From positions 1 through 64,000 of the forward strand of contig JBMORA010000032.1 in assembly GCA_049320885.1 (NCBI GenBank): DNA of 64,000 nucleotides, in the 5' to 3' direction. Positions 25,502 through 34,429 of this stretch are shown here, piece after piece. Below the pieces are notes generated by a model. That model saw nothing but the letters and a program-made list of their open reading frames with translations, was not told the origin of the DNA and did no database searches. The position numbers and the translations under genes were made by a program. The DNA comes from Thermodesulfobacteriota bacterium. Its GTDB lineage: Bacteria; Desulfobacterota; Desulfobacteria; Desulfobacterales; SURF-7. Position 1 is the stretch's first letter. Every line of letters starts with the position of its first letter.

Positions 25502-26299
25502 TTAGCTTTTTGTATCGGGGAGCTGCCGGGAAGACCGTGCGTCTTTATTATTTCCGGCATTTCCCCGCTCATCCTTCGGATCGTTGATTTGGCCATAGAC
25601 ACGCAAATCGAACTCCGGGCGTTCCCGGCTGTCCGTTGAAATGGTCAGCGTGTCGAAATATCGCCCGGCATCGGGTTTGATGTTTTCCACCCGCAACAGA
25701 TATTCCAACTGCCCGGCCTTTTTTTCCTCCTTGATTTCCCAGCGGATGAATTCTCCTTTTTTGGCCTGGATTTTTTTTATGGTGAAAGGGTATTGTTTTT
25801 CCTGGATGATCCGGACTTCAGCGATGACCGGCGTTCCGGCCTTGCCGTTCAATCTGATCACCGATGTGGGGGAAATCGTAACGAACTTTTTCACATGCCC
25901 GGCAACCTCCAATCGGAAACTCCCCATCCTGGCATCATTGGTCTGCACCATGATGGATTTCTGCAGGTCCTTGCCCCCCATTCCTTCCGTATTCACGCGG
26001 ATGGTAATTTTTCCCTCGCCTCCGGGAGGGATCTGCCGTGTATAGGAAACGGCAGTGCACCCTCAGCCGGGTTGCACCCGCAAAATGTCGAGCTCGGCCG
26101 TTCCCTTGTTCTGCACGATGAAGTCATGTAAAATTTCCTTGCCTTCCAGAACGGGTTCGAATTTATAAACCGGCTCCTTCAGCTGCACCAACGGTGACGG
26201 CCCTTTTGTTTTCTGGTCCTCTTCCGCGACTGCATTCTGAAATAATAACAGAAAGATGCATACCAACATCACCACGGCGATCCGTCTGTTCACTGCCAT
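25502..26299 (-). CDS. Secreted DUF1573-type Ig-like protein with an in-frame UGA (26063-26065), probable selenoprotein
   Basis: The 78-aa and 164-aa ORFs are in one frame: ...ILRVQPG*GCTAVSYTRQIPPGGEGKITIRVNT...; the stop occupies the first Cys of the family CGCT motif. Signal peptide, AGGAGG SD and a hairpin after the UGA are present. Confidence 0.75.
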
Positions 26300-26338
26300 A
26301 ATATAAGCCTCCTGATTTCCATTTGTTTTAGCGGGGAT

Positions 26339-26366
26339 ATTGTAATGCCGTCTCCGGTAAAGTCAA
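26339..26366 (-). promoter_or_regulatory. Sigma70-type promoter for the DUF1573 gene
   Basis: Minus strand TTGACT, 16 nt, TACAAT. Confidence 0.55.
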
Positions 26367-26386
26367 GGCGAAACTTGAATTGTCGC

Positions 26387-28885
26387 TCACAGCATATACA
26401 GCGGGTCCACATCCACCAGGACTTTCACGTTGCGGTTCCGGAAACAACCGGCAGCCTCGCCGAACATCAAGCGACGGATGAATCGATGCAACGGGCCGAT
26501 ACCGGTTCCCTTCAATAGAATCTGCCAGCGGTAGTGATTGGCGATCTTCGCCAGGGGGGCCTCTATGGGACCGAGAACCTCCAGATGCATGGTGTACTCC
26601 CCATCGGCCATTCGCAAATCCCGGCAGCAGCATCCAAGCTCGCGGGCCATCCGTTCGGTGAGCGCTTTGTCCTTTCCGGAAACGCCCAATTGAATCATTC
26701 TGGAAAACGGCGGATACCGCAGGGCCCGGCGGAAGCGGATCTCCTGTTCATAAAAAAGCTGGTAATCCTGATGCCTGGCCGCCTGAATACTGAAATGGTC
26801 CGGGTTATACGTCTGCAAAATCACCCGGCCGGGCTGGTCGCCGCGCCCGGCCCGGCCGGAAACCTGCGACAGCAATTGAAATGTATGCTCACTGGAACGA
26901 AAATCCGGAAAATTCAGACTGCCGTCCGCGCAGATGATGCCCACCAGCGTGATGTTCGGGAAATCATGCCCCTTGGCAACCATTTGAGTGCCAACCAATA
27001 TATCGATACGGCGCTCCTTCAGTTCCTTCAAAATTCCCAGCAGGGCGCCTTTTCCGCGAGTGGTGTCATGATCCAGCCGGGCTATGGCCGCAGCGGGAAA
27101 AAGCGCCCGGGCCGCGGCCTCGACCTTTTCCGTGCCAAGCCCCAGCGCCTTGATGCCGGGAATACCGCAGGCCCGACAGGTAACCGTGGCGGCTTCGGAG
27201 TATCCGCAGTAATGGCAGCGATAGGCATTGGTCGATTTATGCAGCGTCAACGGAATGTCGCAGTTTATACAGCGCAGGGTCTCGCCGCAGCCGGAGCAGA
27301 CCGGGAAATTGGCGTACCCCCGGCGATTCAAAAAAAGCAGGACCTGCTCGCCCCGGGAAAGCGCTTCCGCCATGGCGGTATGAAGCTCCCGCGAAATGAA
27401 GCGGCGCGTGCCCCGCTGATCCCGAAGCCCGCGGAGATTCACCACTGCGACTTCCGGCAGGGCCTGGCGGTTGATGCGCCGTGTCAGCCGTACTTCGATA
27501 TACTTCCCCTGATCGACGTTGTAGGTGGTTTGCAGCGCCGGTGTTGCCGATCCCAGGCAGGCGATGGCACCGTCCAGCATGGCCCGGACAACGGCCAGAT
27601 CCCGGGCGTTGTAACGGAATCCGCCCTCCTGCTGTTTGTAAGAGCCGTCGTGTTCTTCATCGACGATCACCATCCCGATTTTTTCCAGGGGAGCAAAAAC
27701 AGCCGACCGCGCGCCGATAACGATGTTGACCTTTCCCTCCCGGATGAGGGTCCACTGGTCGTAGCGCTGCCCGGAGGAAAGCCCGCTGTGGAGAATGGCG
27801 ACGCATTCCCCGAAACGCGCCCGGAATCTTCTCCCGGTCTGTGAGATCAGGGCGATTTCAGGCACCAGCACCAGTACCGTATATCCCAGGCGGATGGTTT
27901 CCGCCGCGAGTCGCAGATATACCTCGGTTTTCCCGCTGCCGGTAACGCCGGACAGCAGAAATGTCCGAAAACCCCTGCCGATGTCGCCCATCATCCGCTT
28001 CACGGCCGTTTCCTGCTCGGAGTTCAGGACCGGCGGCGAATCCGGAACTATTTCCTCCCCGAAAGGGTCCCGATGGAGCCGGCGTTCCGTGACGGTCACG
28101 TATCCATTGGCCTGCAGGTAGTTCAGCAGGCCGGAGGAGCCCGGCAGGGACGCCGACAGCCGGGCAACGGATATTTCACCGGCGCGGGCAATCGCATCCA
28201 GGATCCGCTTGCGTTGCCGGAAAAACCGGTCCTCCGGAATATCCATGCGGGACACCGCCAGAATTTTTTCCGTGCGGGCCCGGGAGAGCCGCCCCTGCAG
28301 TCCGTATTCCCTTCGTATCAGGCCCGCCTCCTCCATCCGGCCGATCAGGGCCGGAGGGATGGTCGTTCCCAAGCGTCTGGACAAGCGGCTGCGGGAACAG
28401 GAGCCGGTCTTCAAGATTTCGAGGATATCTTTCTGCAGCGGCGTCAGACGGTGTTTCGCGGAGTCCAGGCTGCCCATTTCCGTCACCGCAAACTCGACGG
28501 TCTCGCAAAGTGTCAGGCCGGCGGGCAATGCACACTTGATCACCTCTCCCAGTGGATATACATAATAATCCGCGGCCCATCGAAAAAATGGAATCATGGC
28601 TGCCGGAAACAGGGGCGAATCATCCAGGATGTCGATGATCCGCTTGGTCTGGTAGCGATCCCCGGCATCCCCCGCTCCCAGGATATATCCAGTCACCCGG
28701 CGCCGTCCGAAGGGAACCAGGACACGCTTTCCCACCGCATCTCCGGCCGAAAACATGTCCCTGCCCATCCGATAGGTGAATGTCCCATGCACCGGAAGGG
28801 CGACTGCCGCTTCGATACAGATCTCCGTCTCGTCGGCCGGGGTTTCTTCCCCGGCGGCCATGGATGGTGTTTGCTTATCCGTCAT
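26387..28885 (-). CDS. priA: Primosomal protein N' (replication restart helicase)
   Basis: GVTGSGKTEVY, VDEEHD, four CxxC motifs, GTQMVAKGHDFP, QVSGRAGR. Confidence 0.97.
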   Translation of the reverse strand: MTDKQTPSMAAGEETPADETEICIEAAVALPVHGTFTYRMGRDMFSAGDAVGKRVLVPFGRRRVTGYILGAGDAGDRYQTKRIIDILDDSPLFPAAMIPFFRWAADYYVYPLGEVIKCALPAGLTLCETVEFAVTEMGSLDSAKHRLTPLQKDILEILKTGSCSRSRLSRRLGTTIPPALIGRMEEAGLIRREYGLQGRLSRARTEKILAVSRMDIPEDRFFRQRKRILDAIARAGEISVARLSASLPGSSGLLNYLQANGYVTVTERRLHRDPFGEEIVPDSPPVLNSEQETAVKRMMGDIGRGFRTFLLSGVTGSGKTEVYLRLAAETIRLGYTVLVLVPEIALISQTGRRFRARFGECVAILHSGLSSGQRYDQWTLIREGKVNIVIGARSAVFAPLEKIGMVIVDEEHDGSYKQQEGGFRYNARDLAVVRAMLDGAIACLGSATPALQTTYNVDQGKYIEVRLTRRINRQALPEVAVVNLRGLRDQRGTRRFISRELHTAMAEALSRGEQVLLFLNRRGYANFPVCSGCGETLRCINCDIPLTLHKSTNAYRCHYCGYSEAATVTCRACGIPGIKALGLGTEKVEAAARALFPAAAIARLDHDTTRGKGALLGILKELKERRIDILVGTQMVAKGHDFPNITLVGIICADGSLNFPDFRSSEHTFQLLSQVSGRAGRGDQPGRVILQTYNPDHFSIQAARHQDYQLFYEQEIRFRRALRYPPFSRMIQLGVSGKDKALTERMARELGCCCRDLRMADGEYTMHLEVLGPIEAPLAKIANHYRWQILLKGTGIGPLHRFIRRLMFGEAAGCFRNRNVKVLVDVDPLYML

Positions 28886-28897
28886 CCCGCCAACCCG

Positions 28898-30340
28898 TTA
28901 CAGAATCGGCGCCAACAGGCGGGCGGAGCGGACCAGAAAGCGGAACCAGAAGGGACGTTTTTCCAGGTCCACCATGGCTTCCCGCCGGCTGGCGGAAAAA
29001 TCATCCTCCAGCATTCTTTCCACTTCCCGGGCGAAGATCGCATCATGGAACAACATGGTGATTTCAAAATTCAGCCGAAAGGAGCGATTGTCGAAATTGG
29101 CCGTGCCCACGGCCGCCAGGTGATCATCCACCAGGAAGACTTTCTGGTGCAAGAACCCTTTCCGGTAGCGGTATATTTTGATACCCAGGGGAATGGTTTT
29201 TTCATAATAGGAAAAAGACGCCCAATACACCAGCCGGTGATCGGGTTTTTGCGGCAGCAGAATCCGGACTTCCACCCCACGCATGGCCGCCAGTTGCAGC
29301 GCGTTGATCACCGGGGGATCCGGTACGAAATACGGGCTGGCGATCCACACGCGACGCCGGGCCGAGTTGAAGGCGTGAATGAACATCAGGCCGCAGGTGT
29401 CCAGCTTGTCCGCGGGGCCGGTGGCGAACACCAGGGCCCGCATATTGCCACCGGCGCTCGTTGCCGGTTCCCAGACAAGTTCCGGCACCACCATCCCGGT
29501 GGCCCAGTACCAGTCTTCCAGAAAGCAACATTGAATCCCCTGAACCGCCGGCCCTTGGATGCAGACATGGGTATCGCGCCAGAAACCGTAATGCGGATCC
29601 AACCCCAGATATTCATCCCCCACATTATGCCCGCCCACAAAAGCCGCGTGACCGTCCACCACCACGATTTTTCGGTGGTTGCGGAAATTGATCTGAAAGC
29701 GGTTGGCTTTTCCCTTGGTGGTAAGAAACGGGCTGACCCGGACGCCTGATTCCCGCAGGTCATCGATGTATTTTCCGGGCAATTTATGGCAACCGATTTC
29801 GTCATACAGGAAGTAGACTTGCACGCCTGCCGCGGCCTTTTTCATCAGGGCTTCCTGGAACCGCCGCCCCAGGTTGTCGTCGTTGACAATGTAGAACTGA
29901 ACGAGGATGTATTTCCAGGCCGCCGCAATCCGTTCGAAAATCTGGTCGAAAGTGGCCTCGCCGTTGATCAAAAGCCGGGCGCTGTTCCCGCAGGTCATGG
30001 GCATGTCTGCCAGCTGGGCAAGGACCTGTTCATCACTGTTGCGGATATCGTCGATGATCTCCCGGTCATGGAACGCCTGCCGCAGTTTTTCGATCACCAC
30101 CCGGATTTCCAGGTCACGGGAGGAACGCAGCTTCACATAGCCGTGGAATTTGGAGCGCCCGAAAATCCAGTACAGCGGAACCGATACATAGGGGAAGGTG
30201 ATCAGGGATATGGCCCAGGCAATGGCCCCCTGGGCGGTGCGGTCCTTCATAACGGCGTCAATGGCGGAGAGTATCCCGATCAGTTCGATCAGGCCGATAA
30301 CCACGGCAATGACAATCTCATAATTCTCCGGCAGCCCCAT
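28898..30340 (-). CDS. cls: Cardiolipin synthase
   Basis: Two N-terminal TM helices and two HKD motifs (NHRKIVVVDG, LHQKVFLVDD). Confidence 0.93.
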   Translation of the reverse strand: MGLPENYEIVIAVVIGLIELIGILSAIDAVMKDRTAQGAIAWAISLITFPYVSVPLYWIFGRSKFHGYVKLRSSRDLEIRVVIEKLRQAFHDREIIDDIRNSDEQVLAQLADMPMTCGNSARLLINGEATFDQIFERIAAAWKYILVQFYIVNDDNLGRRFQEALMKKAAAGVQVYFLYDEIGCHKLPGKYIDDLRESGVRVSPFLTTKGKANRFQINFRNHRKIVVVDGHAAFVGGHNVGDEYLGLDPHYGFWRDTHVCIQGPAVQGIQCCFLEDWYWATGMVVPELVWEPATSAGGNMRALVFATGPADKLDTCGLMFIHAFNSARRRVWIASPYFVPDPPVINALQLAAMRGVEVRILLPQKPDHRLVYWASFSYYEKTIPLGIKIYRYRKGFLHQKVFLVDDHLAAVGTANFDNRSFRLNFEITMLFHDAIFAREVERMLEDDFSASRREAMVDLEKRPFWFRFLVRSARLLAPIL

Positions 30341-30642
30341 CCGTCCGCTTCCCCTTTTCGATTGCGACCCGCATCCGCCGGTCGAGCCCGTTTCCCTTTA
30401 CTTTTCCAGCCTGTATACCACATCAAATTTGTCTTGTGTCGATAAAAAATTATATTGCAAAAATAAAAATTCATGTTATGTTATCTGGTCTTTTGATAGC
30501 CGAAAACCTGCTCAGCGGGGGATCGGCGAAGCGGCGGAAGCGGATTCCGTGGCGTCCCGCGAGTCTTTTCGGGAATACCGTCCGGAATCAAGGGTAAACC
30601 TCGACACAGGATTTTTTATGCGACTGAAAGGGAATACAGGGA

Positions 30643-31215
30643 GTGGAAAGAGAAGATATCTTGCACGTGGAAGGCCGGTTGGGTGAACTGATCATTGGCA
30701 ACCGTATCCCCCGGGACTACTTTGTCACCAAGGGTACGGGTCAAAGCGACCTCACCGTTCATGCGGGCTCCTATCATCTGGCCCTCAAAGCGGCAGGGGT
30801 TGAGATGTGCAACATCATGACGTATTCCTCCATCCTGCCGGGTATCGCAAACGAAATTCAAAAACCGGATCATCTCGTTCACGGTTCCGTAATGGAATCC
30901 ATTTTCGCCGTCTGCACGGTTGAAAAAGGCCAGCGCGCCACCGCCGGTATTATTTACGGATGGTTGTTCGACAGAAAAACCGACCAGAAATACGGCGGGC
31001 TTGTCTGCGAGCTTTACGGCGACCATTCGATTCCGGAAATCGAGCACAGGCTTCATGCCAGTCTCGAGGAACTGTACACCAACGGATACTCGGATCATTT
31101 CGAGCTCCGGGACCGGCGCGTCATCACCGAGAGCTTTGTCCCGGAAAAGCAATACGGCACGGCTCTGGTAGCGCTTTGCTTTGTCAATTATCATTTCCCC
31201 ATTCTGCGGAGGTAA
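30643..31215 (+). CDS. Pyruvoyl-dependent arginine decarboxylase (PdaD-like)
   Basis: YFVTKGTG...LALKAAGV..CNIMTYSSILP, containing the Ser-Ser self-cleavage site. Confidence 0.85.
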   Translation: MEREDILHVEGRLGELIIGNRIPRDYFVTKGTGQSDLTVHAGSYHLALKAAGVEMCNIMTYSSILPGIANEIQKPDHLVHGSVMESIFAVCTVEKGQRATAGIIYGWLFDRKTDQKYGGLVCELYGDHSIPEIEHRLHASLEELYTNGYSDHFELRDRRVITESFVPEKQYGTALVALCFVNYHFPILRR

Positions 31216-31216
31216 C

Positions 31217-32251
31217 ATGATCAAAGGCTCTTTTACAGCGTTGATCACCCCTTTCATCGAACAGGAGGTGGATTACGAAGGCCTGCAGCAGCTGACGGAA
31301 TTTCAGATTGCAAGCGGTATTTCCGGTATTCTGGCGGTGGGCACCACCGGTGAAAGCCCGACGCTGTCCTGGGAAGAGCACAACCGCGTCATCGAACACG
31401 TGGCCGCGGCCTGCAAAACACGATGTTTCTGCATTGCCGGAACCGGCAGCAACAACACTTCCGAAGCGCTTTCGGCCGCCAAGCATGCCGCCAAGGCCGG
31501 TGTCGACGCCGTATTGATGGTCGATCCGTATTACAATGGTCCCAGCTCCCTTGAAATCCGCCGGGAATACATCGAGCCGGTGGCCCGGGAATTTCCGGAT
31601 TTACCCATCATTCCCTATGTCATACCCGGCCGCACCGGAGCCCAGTTGCTGCCGGAGGACCTGGCCCTGCTGGCCGCTGAATATCCCAATGTTCGAACCG
31701 TCAAGGAAGCCACCGGAAACCTGGACAACATGAAACGCACCCGCGCCTGCTGCGGAAAAAACTACACCATTCTTTCCGGTGACGACGCCCTTACCTATGA
31801 TATGATGACCCTTGCGGATATTCAGGCCGAGGGCGTGATTTCCGTCATGTCCAACATCGCCCCGAAAGCCGTGGCGGAAATGGTCGCCCTGCTGCGGGCC
31901 GGAAAAACCGCCGAGGCCCTGCGCTGGAAGAACGCCCTGGATCCGCTGTTTCAACTGGTGACGGTGAAAACCACGGAAAATACCCGATTCGGCGAGGTGG
32001 TCTGCCGGGCCAGAAACCCCCTGGCCGTCAAGACCATCATGGCCGCCATCGGCATGCCTGCCGGCGGCTGCCGCCGTCCCCTTGGTAAAATGACCTTGGC
32101 CGGCTTGACGAAGGTCTTCGACACCTGCCGGGATGTCTGGGCAAAAACCCCGGAGGTATTCCAACCGGCGGCCGAATTTTTTCAGATCGACATGGCGGCC
32201 CGCCTGAACGACCGGAAATATTGGGAAGGGCTGTATTATAAGGAATATTAG
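31217..32251 (+). CDS. dapA: 4-hydroxy-tetrahydrodipicolinate synthase
   Basis: GTTGES, GTGSNNT, PYYN, PGRTG, VKEA (Schiff-base Lys), SGDD; GGAGG SD before the ATG at 31217. Confidence 0.9.
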   Translation: MIKGSFTALITPFIEQEVDYEGLQQLTEFQIASGISGILAVGTTGESPTLSWEEHNRVIEHVAAACKTRCFCIAGTGSNNTSEALSAAKHAAKAGVDAVLMVDPYYNGPSSLEIRREYIEPVAREFPDLPIIPYVIPGRTGAQLLPEDLALLAAEYPNVRTVKEATGNLDNMKRTRACCGKNYTILSGDDALTYDMMTLADIQAEGVISVMSNIAPKAVAEMVALLRAGKTAEALRWKNALDPLFQLVTVKTTENTRFGEVVCRARNPLAVKTIMAAIGMPAGGCRRPLGKMTLAGLTKVFDTCRDVWAKTPEVFQPAAEFFQIDMAARLNDRKYWEGLYYKEY

Positions 32252-32261
32252 GGAAACAATC

Positions 32262-32293
32262 TGGAATTCGGAATGACGAATTACGAATGAAGG
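32262..32293. repeat. Degenerate heptamer repeat (GAATTAC type)
   Basis: GGAATTCGGAATGACGAATTACGAATGAAGG; the last 15 nt are the exact reverse complement of CCTTCATTCGTAATT at ~56138. Confidence 0.7.
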
Positions 32294-32294
32294 T

Positions 32295-32345
32295 TTCGAG
32301 CGGCCGGGGTATGCGATGGTACGATACTTCTCCCGGCCGCTCGAA
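32295..32345. terminator. Long hairpin between convergent dapA and the YkgJ-family gene
   Basis: TTCGAGCGGCCGGG ... CCCGGCCGCTCGAA, 14-bp stem. Confidence 0.55.
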
Positions 32346-32377
32346 CTGTTTCCGCGATATGGATATCCGGTGAGATT

Positions 32378-33175
32378 TCAGCTCTCCCCGTCCAGCTTGA
32401 CGCCGCCCTCCTTCAGGCGGAAATCCCCGATCTTGAACAACACCCACAGCATCCATTTGCAGCCGAATTCCAGCAGGGCGGTTTCATCCGTCCGCATTCG
32501 CTCCACCTGATCCGGATCGATGTCGTACCGGGAAAGAAAGGTGCTCTCAAATACAAAATGCTTGAACTGATCGATATCATAACAGGTGGTGAAAAACATC
32601 TGCTTGGTTTTTTCCGTCAGTTTGATGTTGGGCGGGAAAGACCGTTTCCGCACCACCAGGTCGGTCCAGCCGGCGTTGATTTCATCGTGCCGGTCCACCC
32701 CCTGATCCACCCGCCATTCGGCGACGTCCCATTCTTTCTCTTCCTCGAAACCCCTGCAATGGGGCTCGTTGACGAAAAAATAAAACTCGTCTCCATCCGC
32801 GCCTTCCTTGTGGCTCAGGGAGGCGACCCCCAGGGGGTAATACCGGCAGGTCGTGGGTCGATCCTGATAGACCATACACCCGTCGTCCTTGACAAAGGGA
32901 CAGGACGACAATTCATCATCCAGCAGCTTCAGGGTCACCACCGGCAGATCGGTTTTTTCAAAAAGCCGGGGCACTGTAAAGACGGCCAGGAATTCCGTTG
33001 AGGTCATACCGAGCCGGTTCTTGAGCCGGATGATATCATAGGGGGTCAAGACGATATTGATCCCGCGGCAGCACTTGGTGAAACAGGCGACTTCCTTGTG
33101 GCACCGAAAACGGAAACGGCTTTTTTTATCCAGCCGGACCGGCTCGATGGCGGCCTTTGGTTCGTTTACATCCAT
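32378..33175 (-). CDS. YkgJ-family cysteine-cluster protein (putative Zn/Fe-S)
   Basis: FRCHKEVACFTKCC...CPFV..DGCMVYQDRPTTCRYYP...HCRG. Confidence 0.85.
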   Translation of the reverse strand: MDVNEPKAAIEPVRLDKKSRFRFRCHKEVACFTKCCRGINIVLTPYDIIRLKNRLGMTSTEFLAVFTVPRLFEKTDLPVVTLKLLDDELSSCPFVKDDGCMVYQDRPTTCRYYPLGVASLSHKEGADGDEFYFFVNEPHCRGFEEEKEWDVAEWRVDQGVDRHDEINAGWTDLVVRKRSFPPNIKLTEKTKQMFFTTCYDIDQFKHFVFESTFLSRYDIDPDQVERMRTDETALLEFGCKWMLWVLFKIGDFRLKEGGVKLDGES

Positions 33176-33381
33176 AAATCCAACTATCCTTCCATGATTG
33201 AAATGTTGCGGGCATTGTTACCCGAGCCCGCCGCCAAAGTCAAGCCGACCCGTCAACGGTGCCCATCCCGGCGGATGGGACCGCGCCATATGCATTTCAG
33301 AGCACCGAAACCGAGAACCTTATCGTATCGCGGGCTATCCTTGCCATCGAATTCCGCTTTTACGGTAACGAACCTGGCGGT

Positions 33382-34272
33382 TTACCAGATATACCCCACA
33401 CCGGTCAGCACGGTGAACTCGTCGGCATGTCCGACGATCGGACTGTTGGCGATGTCGGTGTCGAAGCGCTCCATGCAGAAGGCCAGGGCCCCGATCCATG
33501 ACTTGCCGAGGCGGCAGGTCGATACCAGGGAAACCATCGGCGAGAGGGTCGAACCGGTGTCATGGGCGGGGCGTGACGCCGTCGCCTCACCGGACGATAC
33601 CCCGCCGAAATAGTAGTTCGCCAGCCGGCTCGAACGCCAGATCGCGCCGCAGCCGGGCATCACCAGAAACCGGCCGGCAATCATGGGAAAGTCCGCCCAC
33701 AGCAGCGCCTCGTGGCCGTTGCTGACATTGGTCACATCGCTCGCCATCCGCGCCGTCAGCAAGGCATACGGCGTGACCAGGTTGGCGCCGATACCGGCTT
33801 CCAGCTCTCCCTTGCGCTGATACATTCCGGCCAGGGCCGGCGTGTCCTCCGGATCAAGGTTGCCGAAACGGAACCGGCCGTACAGAAAGCCCGCAAATCC
33901 GCTTTCCTTTTTATAGAAATAGTAACGGCCACGGTCGCCGAGGTAAAGCAAGTCCTTGCCGAAATACACCGCACCCGGAACCACCAAGAAAGAGTCGCTC
34001 TGCGCTTCGTAGCGCGGGTTGTAGGCGATGGCCACCGCTCCGATCACGAGCCCGCGCGGCACCGGCGATGACTCCGCATCGACCGCCAGCGACTGCAACG
34101 AACCGAGATCGAGTTCAGCCGAATGCCCCGTCCCGCAGGCCAGCACGCCCATGACGAAGATGATCCATGTCTTCCACCCGACGCTCCTGAAAGCCCTCTG
34201 TTTTACCTGCAGCATGCCTGACTCCTGATCGATTGGCGGACGCCAGTCTCTTTTCATGATGGAGGTTTCCAA
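33382..34272 (-). CDS. MipA/OmpV-family outer membrane protein; start uncertain
   Basis: Signal-like segment, beta-barrel pattern, ANYYFGGVS, IANSPIV, terminal aromatic residue (GVGYIW). Confidence 0.8.
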   Translation of the reverse strand: METSIMKRDWRPPIDQESGMLQVKQRAFRSVGWKTWIIFVMGVLACGTGHSAELDLGSLQSLAVDAESSPVPRGLVIGAVAIAYNPRYEAQSDSFLVVPGAVYFGKDLLYLGDRGRYYFYKKESGFAGFLYGRFRFGNLDPEDTPALAGMYQRKGELEAGIGANLVTPYALLTARMASDVTNVSNGHEALLWADFPMIAGRFLVMPGCGAIWRSSRLANYYFGGVSSGEATASRPAHDTGSTLSPMVSLVSTCRLGKSWIGALAFCMERFDTDIANSPIVGHADEFTVLTGVGYIW

Positions 34273-34429
34273 CGTGATCCTTTCAATTTCTCAATACCAA
34301 AACCGCCTATTCAATCGCCGGGCAATCCTGCAAAAGGTGGCTATTCGCCATTGCCATGCGGTCTGGTTACGGCTTCCATGACATTGTCGTAATGCCACTT
34401 CCTTGACGGGGAGAAGGCGTTTATTGTAA

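Noticed and set aside
25502..26299. Pseudogene interpretation of the split DUF1573 gene
   Set aside because: Not excluded but disfavoured: the only lesion is a TGA exactly at a conserved Cys, and the promoter, SD, frame and downstream hairpin are intact.
33382..34272. mipA-like gene as a horizontally acquired island
   Set aside because: Only a subjective impression of different codon style; no flanking repeats, integrase or transposase.
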